From: Williopsis jadinii
Lineage: Eukaryota
NCBI GenBank assembly: GCA_024346625.1
Contig: AP024665.1
Coordinates: 1,054,001-1,118,000, forward strand
DNA length: 64,000 bases
Reading direction: 5' to 3'
In this document: positions 1 through 13,796 of the stretch, piece after piece
How the letters are laid out: each line of letters starts with the position of its first letter
Position numbering within the stretch: the stretch's first letter is position 1
Notes under the pieces: model-generated
The model's database searches: none
The model's input: only the letters and a program-made list of their open reading frames with translations
What the model was told of the DNA's origin: nothing
Program-made: the position numbers and the translations under genes

Positions 1-3000
1 TTGGTTATACGATACAATAAAACCGGACCTCATGTAGGCCAAGCCTTACCCAATCACACCATTTGTATGGTGTGAGTTATACTGTCTTTAATTTTTTTGG
101 CCTTGCCCCGAACGGTTGCGATAACTCGCAGCAGTTGTGTGGTTTTGATGCTGGTCAACTCGAAACACCGGACAAAATGGCTGTACCGGTTAACATGAAG
201 GTTTCTCCCTTGCTGTTACCCACACCGATCATCACATTGAGGAAGGAGCATTGACGTCGAAGCCTGAACAACTTGCTGTGTGGAAAGCAACTGAATCCAT
301 ATGACTATTCCAGGATGTCCCTTCCGCTCTTTCTTTAGCAAGAGTCTAGACATTTGGATTTACGAGGCCATTATGTAATTTCTATGTGTCTGGTACCAGA
401 CTGGTCGCACGACAAGCTTTTTTACTGGCTGAGCTGCCAGGCTGACCCGCAATGGAGGATTTAGACTGGAGTGTTGGATGTATGCGAAGTCTCCGCTGTA
501 ACGTAGGCTCATAATCAAGACAAGCTGATCTCTATTGGAGTAATGATTTTTGGACTCTCGGTGCCCTTGATTCCAAATGTCTGTTGTTTAATTTTGAACC
601 TTGATCTAAAACAATTCGGAAACGTAATACACGTCACCTAAGAGATGCCCGCGATCGTCATGAGCCAACAACACGAAGGTGTTTCTATTTGTTGGTACAC
701 TGTTTCTTTGACCACACTCTGATTTGGATTGAACCACAGCCTGCAATAATATTGTTCATTTTGCTACTAGCATGTTCATTTATTAATACAAGACGTCAGA
801 CGTCACATGCCTCGCTGATAATCTAAGATTGTCACTCTGATTTTAGGTTAAGCGACGAAAAGTTTATACATATAGTAAAACCATGATTGATTTACCCTTG
901 GAGTTTCGATGGATAGGTTGTGTTTCAATCAGTTCCATGCTCCGCACCACCAACTCTTGCTTCAACTCTGTTTGTTTCTTTTTGGTGTTGGTTTTCGGCG
1001 AACAAAAGCTTCAGCTAACTATATTTCACTACTATGTTGAAGACCAATTTCAACCGACCCCACTTTGAGTCGCTGTGTCTCTGAGAAGTGTACATTAGAA
1101 ACATTCTTTGATATCACAACTAGCTTCACCCAAATACTGCGAGTTAGGTATTCCAGTTGTGTAACTTTTTTGCCCAAAACGCAGCTCTCTTTCTCTCTTT
1201 CTCATTGCATAATCCATAATACTTATTTCAACATTGATCCTCACGATAATTAATATCAATGATCTTTCTCCTTCGAAGACAGTGCTTGAGTGTTCTTTTT
1301 AGTAAATATCAGTCATTAGCGGAACTCAAGTCCCTTTATGTGATCCACCGGACTTGTCCCATATACAGAGAAGGCAGTGGGTAATTTTTGTATACTTAGA
1401 AGAAATACAAGCACTGGTTACAGCTATGTTAAAATGCCTTTTCCTTAGATGACCTCCAACAATACATAATATATGTGAGTTCCCAGCATTAATGATCTTC
1501 TGAAATTTTGTCTCATCGCTATCGCAACGTCCATAACTCATTTGTATTGAATTTCTAAATGTGGAAGGTGGCTTGTAAGTGTGGCTTGTAAATCTGAGAA
1601 TCGGCTTAACATCGACATACTTGGAGAATACTGTTCCACTTGTTGATCAGGTGGCATTAGCGACATTGCATTCGATCTCCACCTTTTCAAATAATATCCA
1701 AATGTAATTAAAAATGGATAGTTATTACTAACGGAAACATTAGTTTTGACCGGTTTCTGACTTGTTCTACAAGAAGTAATTAAATAGCAAGGCACTTTTA
1801 TATACATGTCTGCACCATAATTAATTGATCTAGAGTCGTTAAATCTTGTGAGAACTCAAAATAGAAGTGCTTTCTGGAAACTACAAACGCACAGTAGATC
1901 ACACATTTAACCCAGACGACATCTACCTTTAGGGCCGGCAGACTAACCAACGGAGAATCTTTAAACGAACCCTTTCAATTAATTGTCGAATTTGGAAATT
2001 AAAATGGGCCCGGTTCGTATTTTCTCCAGATTACGTATCGCCAGTTTGAGGTACCTTATCAAAAATAAACCAATTGACTGTGGTTTCTGGAGTAAAATTA
2101 CAACTACATTGGCTCTTGCTCAGAAATAGGGGAATAGTTAGTACATGTCATGATGTGTGTCTCAAACTCATGGAAACTTGTTCAAAGATGCCAGCTTGTC
2201 AATCTGTACAGAAAAGTTGGCTTTGATGATTTTATACTCACCTCGTTGATCTTTCAAAATGCCACCTGCATGCAGTGGGAAAATCACCCGTAGACTGCGA
2301 ATTACAGAACCGCCACATATCCATCTGTGAAACTTGGACTAGTTGATCTCGGATTTGGACTTGCAACCGACAGGTTCGTGTATATTTCACCTAGAGCTGG
2401 CGTAGACCATACTTAGGTTACATCCAAGCCTTAACCAATTAGAACTGGAACTAGACCAAGACACAGTATGTTGCATACAATCACATAGACCCCCATTAGA
2501 AACTTCACGAAGCCATGACATACACTGACTATGTAAATGTGTTCAGACTTATAGTCCACTCTATGACTTTGTCCCTTTGGTACTCGGCACATATGTCAGA
2601 AGCCTGAAAAGCGATGAGAAATGATGTGTCGATGAAGTGGTTTGTAGACTTCAATGACCTGTGGACCATAGATGGTACGGATTGTCCATCCCCTGGTGGA
2701 TAATGGCTCACTGGAAGCTAGACAGTAGGTCCTGGGAACTGAACTGGGCACTGAGAACTGGACAGCTCATGACCTAAGTTGTTCACATTTAGTTCACATC
2801 AGTGCCCACTATTCATTGGCCACATGTATATGCGGTTGAAATGTATGGAACGTTAAAAAGAAGCTTCTAATGCAGATCAAAATTAAGCGCCACGAAAAAT
2901 TTTCTAAGCTTCAGATTGTTGTACAGATTGCTGTGCAGGTTATTGCACCAACTATAATTAGAGTTTCTGCTCAGTTTAAATAAGGTAGGATCATGTTGCT

Positions 3001-6000
3001 GTGGGGCCGCCGGTCACATATCATTTTAACCAGTTTAGTACCACGACAGCTTAATCACTTTGCAAGCCTCATGCATGTTTAACCTCACCCTTTGGTATCT
3101 CAGCCCCTCCCATGAAGGCAGATAAAGGTCCAGACAGTAAACTCTGGTAATGGGAGACGTCCCGGCATCTAGTTTCCAATGCAGACTCAGAAGTTGGCTG
3201 GATGTTCTGATATGGTATTATATTGCAAACTTTGCAGAAAATTCTAAAGGCCTCTCTCTAAATCATAGTAGATGCGTTAGACTTTGTAGACTGCGTAATG
3301 TGGACAAAACATAGTTGAAGTAACAATCAGCCCTACAAATAACAGCAACGTCCTGGTGTTAGCTTGAGGCTGATCTCACCTGTAACTACGAAATGGACGA
3401 TATCGTCACGGAAAGCAAAAATAAAACAATAGTTTGATCTTTCCCTGGTAGATCGAGGATATAGGAAATTCAGTGTTTGAGGTTCTATACCCCCTTGTTC
3501 TTGATCAAATAGTTACACGATACTGGACTCCGACGCATATTTTCTTCTCTAACTACTTCTTGTTTGGTGTTGGGGCCAAATGCCACGTTAAGATATTAAG
3601 TTGGAATTGATGGTCTGCACCACCAACTCGCCGAAATGGCTATTAGGCTTTATTATCGTCACAATGTTGCCTAAAGTTTGGTCAATCTGAGTCCAATGTC
3701 ACCATCTAAGGTGGTCAATATTATGAGTACTGAATTAGCCACTTGGGGAGCCTTGAGGAGGCTGAACTGCCGAACCTAATCATTCTATGAAGGTAAATTT
3801 AATGTGCGTTTTCTTTTTTTTGTTTTTCCCTCTCAGTCAGATCAACGATTCAAATGTCTACGCTCGGTCAATTGGACCGCTAAAGTTAATGTCTTGTCGG
3901 CATACCGAAAAGTGGAGGAATGCCCACAACATGAAGCAAAGCCTAAACCCCTTTACTTGACAAAGACTTAGTTACTTTGACAGGCCTCATGTATCTGTTC
4001 TCACTACTATATGAGTTGGGAAACGTTGGTCCTGTCAAGCACGGAATTACTCTTCGATAGCTTCTTATAGCATACGAATGTGATTGCCAAACCTTTGTTC
4101 AGCAACACATCAGTTACCTGCTTGTTAATTAAATTGCCTTGTCACTAAAGTAGGCATGCACCATACCACAAAAGAGTACTGTAGTAAAGTTTGCTATTCC
4201 ACAGATCAAAATGTCATCTCAAGCAATCAAGTGAAGAAAAAAAATGCAAATGTGCAATTATTTCCGCAGCTATTACATATATGCTTAGAGAATTGTTGAC
4301 GTCAACTTCACTCGAAAGCTATATTAACTCAAATTAAACTTCATCTAAGTCTGTTATGAAACCTGCAAATCGTAAATGTCTGTAATACACTAGGCCATTT
4401 AGCAGTAATTAGATTGGAAATTTTCATCATCAACGACCTACCATTGAGATTGATTTTGTCCAAATATTTTTCACATGTAAACAAAAAAAGAGCATCGTAC
4501 TAACTACTCTTAGGATTGTTCCACTTACCATGTGCTCCAATACAAAAATGAGATACGTATTCTAAGATGACGGGTCTATGCTCCTATTTAGAGGCTGTGT
4601 TTTTGAAAAATGGCCATCATAACTGAAAACTATTTTGGTTAAGCTTGATCAACTCTGAAGGGCATGGATGTAATGGAATGTTGGAGCTCTTCAAATATCT
4701 TGGCCTACAGTCGATTTATAAGTCATCCAACGCATTGGTTTTGTTGTTATCGTTTGCATACGGCAATAATAATTGCACAAGTCACAAATCAGTCTTCCGA
4801 TTATATAACTTGTTGAGTCTCCAACGCCGAACATTCTAAAACTCTGGTCGAATTGCTTGAACTTTACGAAAAGCTGGAAATTCCAGAATGTAAACCGTAC
4901 ACATTAGACCTCGCTTGTAAAATAACGTTGCCGAGAATCAAAACAACAGTCTTTTCGGTAGTCAGCTCTATATTAAATTAGAAAGCTTCACCTCACAATG
5001 CATTCGTTTAAACAGGACTCGGCATGTACATTCTTTCCATAACCTGTTTTGATGTACATTGTCATAGCAAAAGGTGTGAAGTTTCAGTATAAAGTCTAAA
5101 GCAAAGCGTTCTAAATGGGTTGACAAGGCCGAACAGCACAGCTAAAAGCAATCCTATAAGGACGTATAACGTCAAATAGTTTAGCTCATGTAGTGGTCAA
5201 TGCTATATATATCTTTGAATATATCGAAAAGTTTTACAACACTTTTACATGTCATAATGCGGATAAACGCTATTCACCAGTTATAATGATCCACGTAGAT
5301 TTGGGGGCTTGGTTCTTGAAATTTAACACTTGATACTTCCATAGCTAATCATATTCTCGAGACATAATCAGGGTTGAGCAATGACCAGGGGGATGTACAA
5401 AGTATGCCAATACATGTGTATGAGGAATGTTCAATTACGTCTCAAATGACTATGTACGCTTACCTCATTGCATTATAAGCGGTGGTACAGATAGTTTCCA
5501 ACGTACATGACCTGGCTTAATAACTGCGTGGTCGGAAATACTAAGACAGCTGCCTGCTCAGCACACGTTCACCAAGAAAGTGAGCTATCTTCTTTATGTT
5601 CAAGAAATGGATAAAATCCAAAGTTATGTTGTAATTTCAAAATACTAATAGAGGACAAAACTAGTTGTTATAGTGGTTCGGCTCTACTTTCAACTGGAGG
5701 GTTGTTTTGCCTCAAAGCAACTATCGAGGGTCCAATGCCCTCTTTCCTTTTTTCAGTAGTGCTCTTGCGAGTTGTGTTGAAGTCTGCATGGATAGCATGC
5801 ATCCTGTTTTCCGACAGACTTCAGAGTTGGGGATAAAAAAAGGGCGGAAAAAAAAGGAAAAAATACAGAGCCTCAAGCGTGCTCTGTACATTCAGACTTG
5901 CCTTTAGTCCTTATCAGGCGGGAAGAATGATTTGGGATCGCAATGATTTGTGTCCAAATTGTGCTCATTCATAAATTATTATGAAGTTGTTGAATACTGA

Positions 6001-7768
6001 AGAATCCTTCGGAGACAGTGGTGATCAGTCACTATTCTATGACACTCAGTATCTATACACAAGTTTCTCAACTACACTCACCAAGATGGGACCCTTAACT
6101 CTGGAGTGAATCTCTCTATGTGGATAGGGCGGAGTTAACAATAGACTTAGCAAATCATGCTCAGACATTTATCAATTTGGTAGAATGTCTTGACCATTAG
6201 TAGAATAATTTTGGCTCCAATTGGGTTTTCATGGCAACAGTGCACAGCCCGATGCATGCACAACATAGCTCAACGGCCTAAGTAAAAATAAGCCCAAGGG
6301 CTTCAACTCGTATGTAGAGCTTCCTCTTTCACTTGTTGTCACGGCGAAATTTAGAACCTTGTCAACTTGAGAAGGCTTCCCAGCTGCTTTAGCAATTGAT
6401 CTCACATGTATGGCCATACTGTTCGGCATCCAATTACATCACCTGTACAAGGTTTAACATATCGATAAAAACTTACCATGATAGTGTTTAAAATAGTTGA
6501 TCACCCAATTGTGTCGTTCAAATGAACTGTTAATGTCGGAGAGCTTCTCTGCGTCATTCATCAAATATCCGGTAGACACAGGTATACAATAAGTTAAATT
6601 GTTGTCGGATGTGCCATGGTGATCCCTGGAACTGTGACAGGTTTCCATGTCACTTAATAAAGGCAAGTCAAGTACATTTTGGTGTATAATACATCGCTCT
6701 GCAAAGCTAGGCCGATATTTTTCCATTTGGGGTGTACAAGTGCAGGACGTTCTTTGGAGGACCCGAGTGTAAAAGAACCCATACCGATCCTCAACATGTG
6801 AAAAGCTCGGCTCTAAAATAGCAACAGCATGTGCAATGTCCTGATCCATCAGAGTTCCATCTTTCAGTGTCATACCATAAAACCGCACAGCCTACATATA
6901 TATGTAGAGTTAAGCATATCCTTAATCCTTCCGTCGATTTATCCTTTCCTCTCTTTTCTGTTTCCTATGGTGTAAAAATATACTAAGTAAAGCAATGAAT
7001 ATCAAATGCATTAATTAACCATGTGCCGAATATAAGCGGCCAGCAACGCAAGCGCCCTCCCCCTTTACTTGAGTTTTCTTCCCCTGCGGGACCAAATGTA
7101 TAACAATGCGGGTCAAACTTATAGTGATGCTACAGACTACATACTAATACATGGTGGTTCGGTATGGTGTAGCCGCAATTGGCGCTATGTATTAACAATC
7201 AGCAGAGGGCCATAGCATACAACCATAATCTTGACTAATAATGATGTGCTTATGCAGTAAGTTAACCTTTTGACTACTTTCTCCTCTTCACCAGACTCAC
7301 AACATTTCGGGATTTACCGAGACAGAGGACACGAGCAGCATTTCTATGTAACTTTAACCCAGCCTGTTTCCCAGTTCTAAGTTAAAACCCCACGTAATTG
7401 ATTTGGGCCACCTTGCATCCTTCCCTTTTCTTTTTCTAGCTGACCGCGAACGACGGCCAGGCTAAGTAATTTAAGAATAAACTTTACTTTCTCTGCATTC
7501 CTCTGTACATCACATGCATGAGGATTTTCACTTGCAGTATTTTTATGCATCGCAGCCCTAATTTTTGGGACAATTCGTCCATACAAATTTTCTTTTTCTT
7601 TTACACCGAAGAAGTTCAATTTGGAAGCGTTGCCCCGAATGTGCAGAAATATAAAAACCTGAGAGAATGTCTCTGAAGTTTTGGTTGCCGAAATCTAATA
7701 CGAACATCGAAACTTCCATCCCTTGCTGGTATCGATCACATCTTCATTGGAACAATCAAACACATTAA

Positions 7769-9016
7769 ATGACATACGTTGGGGACAACAGTAATTACCC
7801 AAATCTGACGTCTGCCGGGCTGACTTTCCCCTCCAACACTTCTATTGATATTGTACAGAACGACTATGATTTGCTCTTTGATCAGCTGGCTTCAGAGCAA
7901 CCATTCTCAGCTGTTTCGTTGCCGAACAAACTTCCTGATGTACAAGAACAACTAATGTATCAAGGGGATGCCCTCAATCATTACACCCAGTTAGACGGGT
8001 TTCCTCCAATGCACGCGCTTGCTCCTGTTCAAACTGACGGTATGATGAATTTCCCAGGAAAGGAATTTCAGCAACCTTTATACTCAACAGCGCAAGGTGT
8101 ACTGCAACAACAGCATTTTGCTATTCAAACACCAATCACAGTGCCTGAGGAGATATTTACACGTCCACAAATGACTGCTTCCCCTGACAGTATTATGTCT
8201 CTCAACGGGGCCACATGGACGTCTATGGAACCAGTGGAACCATACGAACGCTACAGAGTTACACGAGGTGTATCCTCTGGAGGTTCTGCTACAAAGCCAC
8301 CACACACAGTCACCATACCAGGACACTATTATACTCCTGTGATTTTAGAGCTCGTGGGAGCAAAGCTGGAAGAGCTTTGTATGCCACAATGGAGTCAAGC
8401 TGAGAAGGAAGACAAACGCAGAATTATAAGGGTAGAAAGATACCAAATTGCAAACCGCATAGTTGCACAGTTCAGCATTGTTGGTAGCGCAAATGAGCAT
8501 CCAAAGGTTGTTGCTGCACCCCCTGGTGTAGATGTCGTGGAGGTGAGCTGTCTGGCTTGTCTCACACGAGAATGTGACGATCAGGATGAAGATGACGAGT
8601 TGGAAGATAACAGTCAACAATACCGGTATAAAAGCCCGTCTCCCCTCAAAAATAGTTTCTACATCACAAGCGTTGAAGTTATCAAAATAGTGGAACTATT
8701 GATTGGAACAGAGCCTTCAACACCACATGAACGTCGACGCGAAAGAGGTCGTATAAGATCCAACTTGGTTCCATTCTGGAGCAAGAAATCAATTTCATCA
8801 AGATGTTCGAATCAAGAAATGAGATCAAGTCCGTTGAGTGATGAAGGGGCTGACTTCAGAGTTGAGTTGGCCACGAGGATTATGAGCTATGAAATCCGTA
8901 AACCAAGGGGATTTGATAAGGAGGTGCGTATTCTAAAGTGGGAGAAGCTCGTACCCGCTTTAAAAAGAGCACTTCAGAGCTACTATGTTGAAGTTCCAAG
9001 TGATTTCCATCCATAG
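7769..9016 (+). CDS. MedA/Medusa-like (DUF7082-type) putative transcriptional regulator, 415 aa
   Basis: ATG ORF with a Q/P-rich N-terminus. The C-terminal blocks W..AEKEDKRRII, VSCL, YITSVEVIKIVELL, RGRIRSNL and IMSY...KPRGFDKEVRILKW..L..AL match my recollection of the MedA/Acon-3 conserved domain. TATAAAA lies at about 7650. Confidence 0.75.
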   Translation: MTYVGDNSNYPNLTSAGLTFPSNTSIDIVQNDYDLLFDQLASEQPFSAVSLPNKLPDVQEQLMYQGDALNHYTQLDGFPPMHALAPVQTDGMMNFPGKEFQQPLYSTAQGVLQQQHFAIQTPITVPEEIFTRPQMTASPDSIMSLNGATWTSMEPVEPYERYRVTRGVSSGGSATKPPHTVTIPGHYYTPVILELVGAKLEELCMPQWSQAEKEDKRRIIRVERYQIANRIVAQFSIVGSANEHPKVVAAPPGVDVVEVSCLACLTRECDDQDEDDELEDNSQQYRYKSPSPLKNSFYITSVEVIKIVELLIGTEPSTPHERRRERGRIRSNLVPFWSKKSISSRCSNQEMRSSPLSDEGADFRVELATRIMSYEIRKPRGFDKEVRILKWEKLVPALKRALQSYYVEVPSDFHP

Positions 9017-12000
9017 TTATTGCTCCCATCATTCTCCATAACATACGACTTTTTTACGATACAGACGATCTTTCTTTCTTTTGGTCTTAGTTTATGTGAC
9101 TCTGATTAGACCATTGTTCTATTCAACACATATACACCCAGCTTTGGAAATGGCTACGCATACTAGTTATCGCATATACACCTTAATATGGTATCTGGAA
9201 CACATTGTGCTAAGCACTGTTTCTCAAATCAAGATATACTCTTTGATTTATATACAAATATACAAACGAGCAGAGCTCTATACTTAAAATTATGAAATGT
9301 ATTTAATTGTAGAAAGGTTGATTGACTTATATGGTCGATTCCAGCATGCAATTGAAAGTTTTGGAATGGTTCGATTTCCGGAACGAGCAAATTTACCACG
9401 TAACTACCACAGCCTATAAACAATACTCCCAGAGTATAAACCAGGCATCACAGAGCAAGTTGAGATAAGCGCATTACTGGGATACAGGTGGTGGGATGTA
9501 TTTGCTATCAATGAATCATCTGTAGATAAATAGCTGGAATGGGCCTCTCACAACAATCTCTTCCGATGTTTACACGACTTGTTATTTGCTATCGTGACAA
9601 TCTTGTATTCATCCTTGAAGCTTTTGAAATGTGTAGAAACTTTTTCTTATGAAGGAGTACATATACAGGGATGAGATTGATGTTTTGATGGATAATGAAG
9701 TATACCCCTCTGTTAATTAAACTATGCCGTGAACTAATAACATCAGGGGAAAACGTTCCACTTACATCACAAAGTTAAGAAGTGAAATGTCGCCCCCCCC
9801 CCCAGCTCGTGAACCCCTCAAGGTATAGAAATGTGAAGAAAACATGGATGTTTTGTACTTACCAATCAAATGATACTGTAAAGGCTAAAGAGAAACTTAA
9901 TCTCTGGTCGAATATATGTTCGGTCATGTGTCACTTGATACCATTGTTCAAGTGGCCAGGTCATCGTGTTAAAACCTCAACAAATAGATAGACAGCTTGG
10001 CACGAAACCAATTATAGTATACTCAAGCGATCCCTAAATTAAAAACATCTTTCACATTAGAGAGATATGAGAAGGGTTAGAAATGCCTCTATATTTTGTT
10101 ATGACACGGTTTTGAGTTTCATAAGAGATTATTTTATAATTCTAGGGCTTGTTCCATACAATTTGATCTTAGTGTTAACATGAAGCACTGCTCATATCAA
10201 GGCTCATCACGGTGAGACTTCAAAGAATGTGCGTTTTGAAGTGGTGTGAATTAGTCAACGTTTCCTGGGATTTGGTAGTTTCATACATAAACATCTGTCA
10301 CCTGTGGTCCTCCGTACATTCCAATTCGCAACTTTATTGAGTGCATCTAAAGTTGTTTTCCTCTGTTGTGGATTCAAATGTTCAAGTGAAACACAGTGAA
10401 AGTTATTTCACAGTTGAAATATCAGAACTTCTGACATTTTAGGTCAACTTCCCTAAAGATACTAGTACTAGTAATGTACAGGAGCGTGCCTGTACACGGT
10501 TGTCAAATAGATTATATGTATGCCAGATCCATATACGAATTGTAATTCTCTGGTCATCTTAGTGGTTCATTCCATTGGTCAGTACAATGTGAAACATTAC
10601 ACATCTTTCTAGAACAATGTGGATAGCAACCAGCAATAAATTGATGATGATATTGCTTCCTTTTTCATGGCACTCGATTATAATGAATATGTGTTCAAAG
10701 AGCACCAGTTTCAATATGAACAACCTGTTCAATTCAACTGAACCGAGGAATACAACATATATGTCACCTCCCACATATCAGAGCTGAGCTCATAATTTGC
10801 ATTCGAGATCAAATTGATGTTGATATACTAGAAATTTTCGATTATTTATGATTCATTCTAACATCTCACGGGCTTGCCTTTGAACCAATTCTAGACCGCA
10901 GCCGTGGACAAAGCACATAGCTAAGCTTGTAATTATAAGTACTGTGATAACTGTGAAAAGTTCAGAGAGGAATTACCATTGATGATCATTGTACAGTGGC
11001 TGTACAACACTTCTCTTATATACACAATGAATGTCCGGTTTGTTTCTCGTGTATCCTAATTTTGTATATGGTATCTCAACTCCTCTTTCTTCAAGACCTC
11101 TCGAGTATATACCTCACTTTGTCAAGTCGAGAACCACGACGTCACTTTGAGGAGCTCAATACGAACATTTCTCGCCGCAGATCCCTCCTTTGTAGCTATA
11201 TCAACCATCTGTATTGATACGTTTGTGCATATTATGTAAGATTGACATTGCTGCCTGTATATCCAAAAACTGACGTGAGCGGACCAACATGTACATTCGA
11301 ATACGCTTATAATTATTACAGACCACAGTGCATAGAATCTCCCTTTACAATCTGAATTAGCAAGGTAACTACTGGTCAGATAGTTCTGGTGAAATGGTGG
11401 ATCAGTAGAAACTATTGGGTATAGAGAATATGTCAAGATATCAAACTAAGTGGTTGGTAGATTCAAAGACGTACCAGGTTTCTCAAAAGTTATAAGTTAC
11501 TGTGCAAATCAAGATTCAACTTCGCTTTTGATGCCCGATACTGACTCCATGTGAATGGTCTCGTATGTGAGGTCTGGTGCTGAAATTGTTCGCCGAATAT
11601 TAACGCACTTGAAAGAGTTGTGCCTTATGTTATAAAACACGCAACGCTCTGTATGGAATTTTACTGCTAAGATTACTGAAGTAACATGTTAATTGAGCAA
11701 TCATATAAGTTAGAGGGTTGATAGGAATTTGACCGCGCTAATGTGATTAATTTAGCCAGCAGAACAACCGTATATTTAACATGGTGTTGTTCCCTTGCTG
11801 ATTTCCTGACCCAGCAGCGAAGTTTATTCCCCACTAAGGTACCACCTATCAAAAGATCTACGTTATAATATATTTGTTTTCAAAGCTTTTTGCTTTAAAC
11901 ACATCACTTAAACACTAGTAAAACCTCGTGATAAATTAATTGAGCGTCAACCTAGTTCACCAAGTAGTCTACGTATCCTCTCTATCCAATATAACTGTTA

Positions 12001-13551
12001 GGTGTGTGATGATACTCTTGAGCAAACTGGTGAACAGATTACACTTGCTAGTTCAAAATAGTCTACTCTACGTTATGTTCGGACAAGCACGCATCAAGTC
12101 CCGTCTTAGAGCTCAGAAAGATATATATTTCTGAACCAAAGCCCTACGTCTGTAACACCTGCCATTTATGAGGTAGGTATGTTACGCTTGAAGTACAGCT
12201 TCATACAGAAACATCTGTTCATATATGCAATAGTGTGCCATGCTATGTAAGGTATATGCCTGTACAAGTAGCTCTATGCATGAAGAATGGGTACTCCGAG
12301 GCTTGAAAGAAAATGGCTGTTGTATCTTCACAAGCCGAGACTGGCTGAAGGTTCAACAACTTGATACTACAGGCCATAAAAAAAGGAGCTGTAGAGTTCA
12401 TGAACAGCTTACTAAAGTTGCGGACAAGTACACCATTAAGATAGTGAACCTTTCACGCGGGACGGTAAATATATATCTGAAAGTAGCAGTGTCAGAATTA
12501 TGTGCCCCCTAATATGCCCCTGTAACAATTTCTAATGACACTGTGTGAATTAAACTCAAAATCTTGGAGTAAAGGCCAATTTTCTGATCTGGGATATTAT
12601 TGAAAAGATGTTTGACTCTAACCTGACTGTTGGCCAAAAGTAACACGAATGCAAAATCTTTTTTCTGAATCCAGAAAGGTCTTATTTTGGCTGTATCTTG
12701 TATACGGTTCGAGACTAGCTATGTATTCCTGTGTTGTATGTGCCTTTTCTGATAGACAAGTATATGGTACACATTGTAAAGGGGCCGTTGGAGGGTGTAT
12801 GATTTGGTCTGTGATGTGCATGACTGTACTGCTAAACATCCAACTTCCATTTATCAGCCCAAACTACGGGAAAAATAACCTTTGTTGTTATCGCAGATCA
12901 TACGAAATGATTTACCATTCATTACAGCTTGCAGTCCTTGGGAATCAAAGGAACGTTTTAAAGCTTTGATTGACTGAGAGCAAGTTACTAGAAATAATCA
13001 ACAATTAACTCGATAACTGTATAGTGTGCTACAAAACTACGGTTGGAAGTATCTGACAAAAGTGACAGTTGAACGAGATGTTATACAGAAACAAGACATG
13101 CGTATACAACTTTTGTCGGCCGTACATTATAAATACCTGGTCCATTTTGCTAAGTAGAGATCACTTATCAAGTATTGATCTGAGATGTTTTTTTATCACC
13201 AGTTTACAGTCGTCAATCTTGACTTATATTCATTAACAATTAATGCCAAGCATCAGCGACTGCACACAATAGTCACACAACCGAATCAGCCTTAACAAAT
13301 CATCGGTCTACCTGTCGTCTAGTCCGATCTTCATACTGTGTTGACAAGAGCTGAGCAACATGTCCTTTGATAAAAATCTGGTCTTTTACGCGTAACGTAA
13401 CTACATTCAAATACATGCGACATGTCGCTTCAGTGAACTTCATTTCATCTCCCTGACGCGTTTTAACCGAACTGACCTAGGTCTTTGGGATTCAAAGGTG
13501 TCTTCATATGCATCACTGCACAGTATATATGGCTTGAATTGCCAGCTGATT

Positions 13552-13796
13552 CAGCCACAAGCTTGTTCGTAATTACAACACACAACTCATGGCAATCTAC
13601 TACAACTTACCATTCATGACTCATGAGTCTAAAGTCATGAGTCATGACTCACAACTTTTCACTAACGACTCATGAATGGTAAGTTGTGGTGAGTTTTGGT
13701 GAGTTTTGGTAAGTTGTGGTAAGTTGTGGTAAGTTGCAATAAGTTGTGAGTCATGAATAGTGAGTTCAATGTTGTAAGTTGTAAGTTGTGAAACTG
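13552..13796. repeat. Composite inverted/tandem repeat module
   Basis: Perfect 18-bp inverted repeat ACAACTTACCATTCATGA (13602-13619 / 13670-13687). About 7 tandem 10-mers GGT(A/G)AGTT(G/T)T at 13678-13747. Four TGA(C/G)TCA sites. Confidence 0.9.

Noticed and set aside
1326..1807. Two abutting minus-strand ORFs (89 and 71 aa); similar short ORFs at 10559-12969, 43304-43884 and 51485-52090
   Set aside because: No recognisable motifs or codon bias; lengths are compatible with chance. Pseudogenes cannot be excluded without a search.
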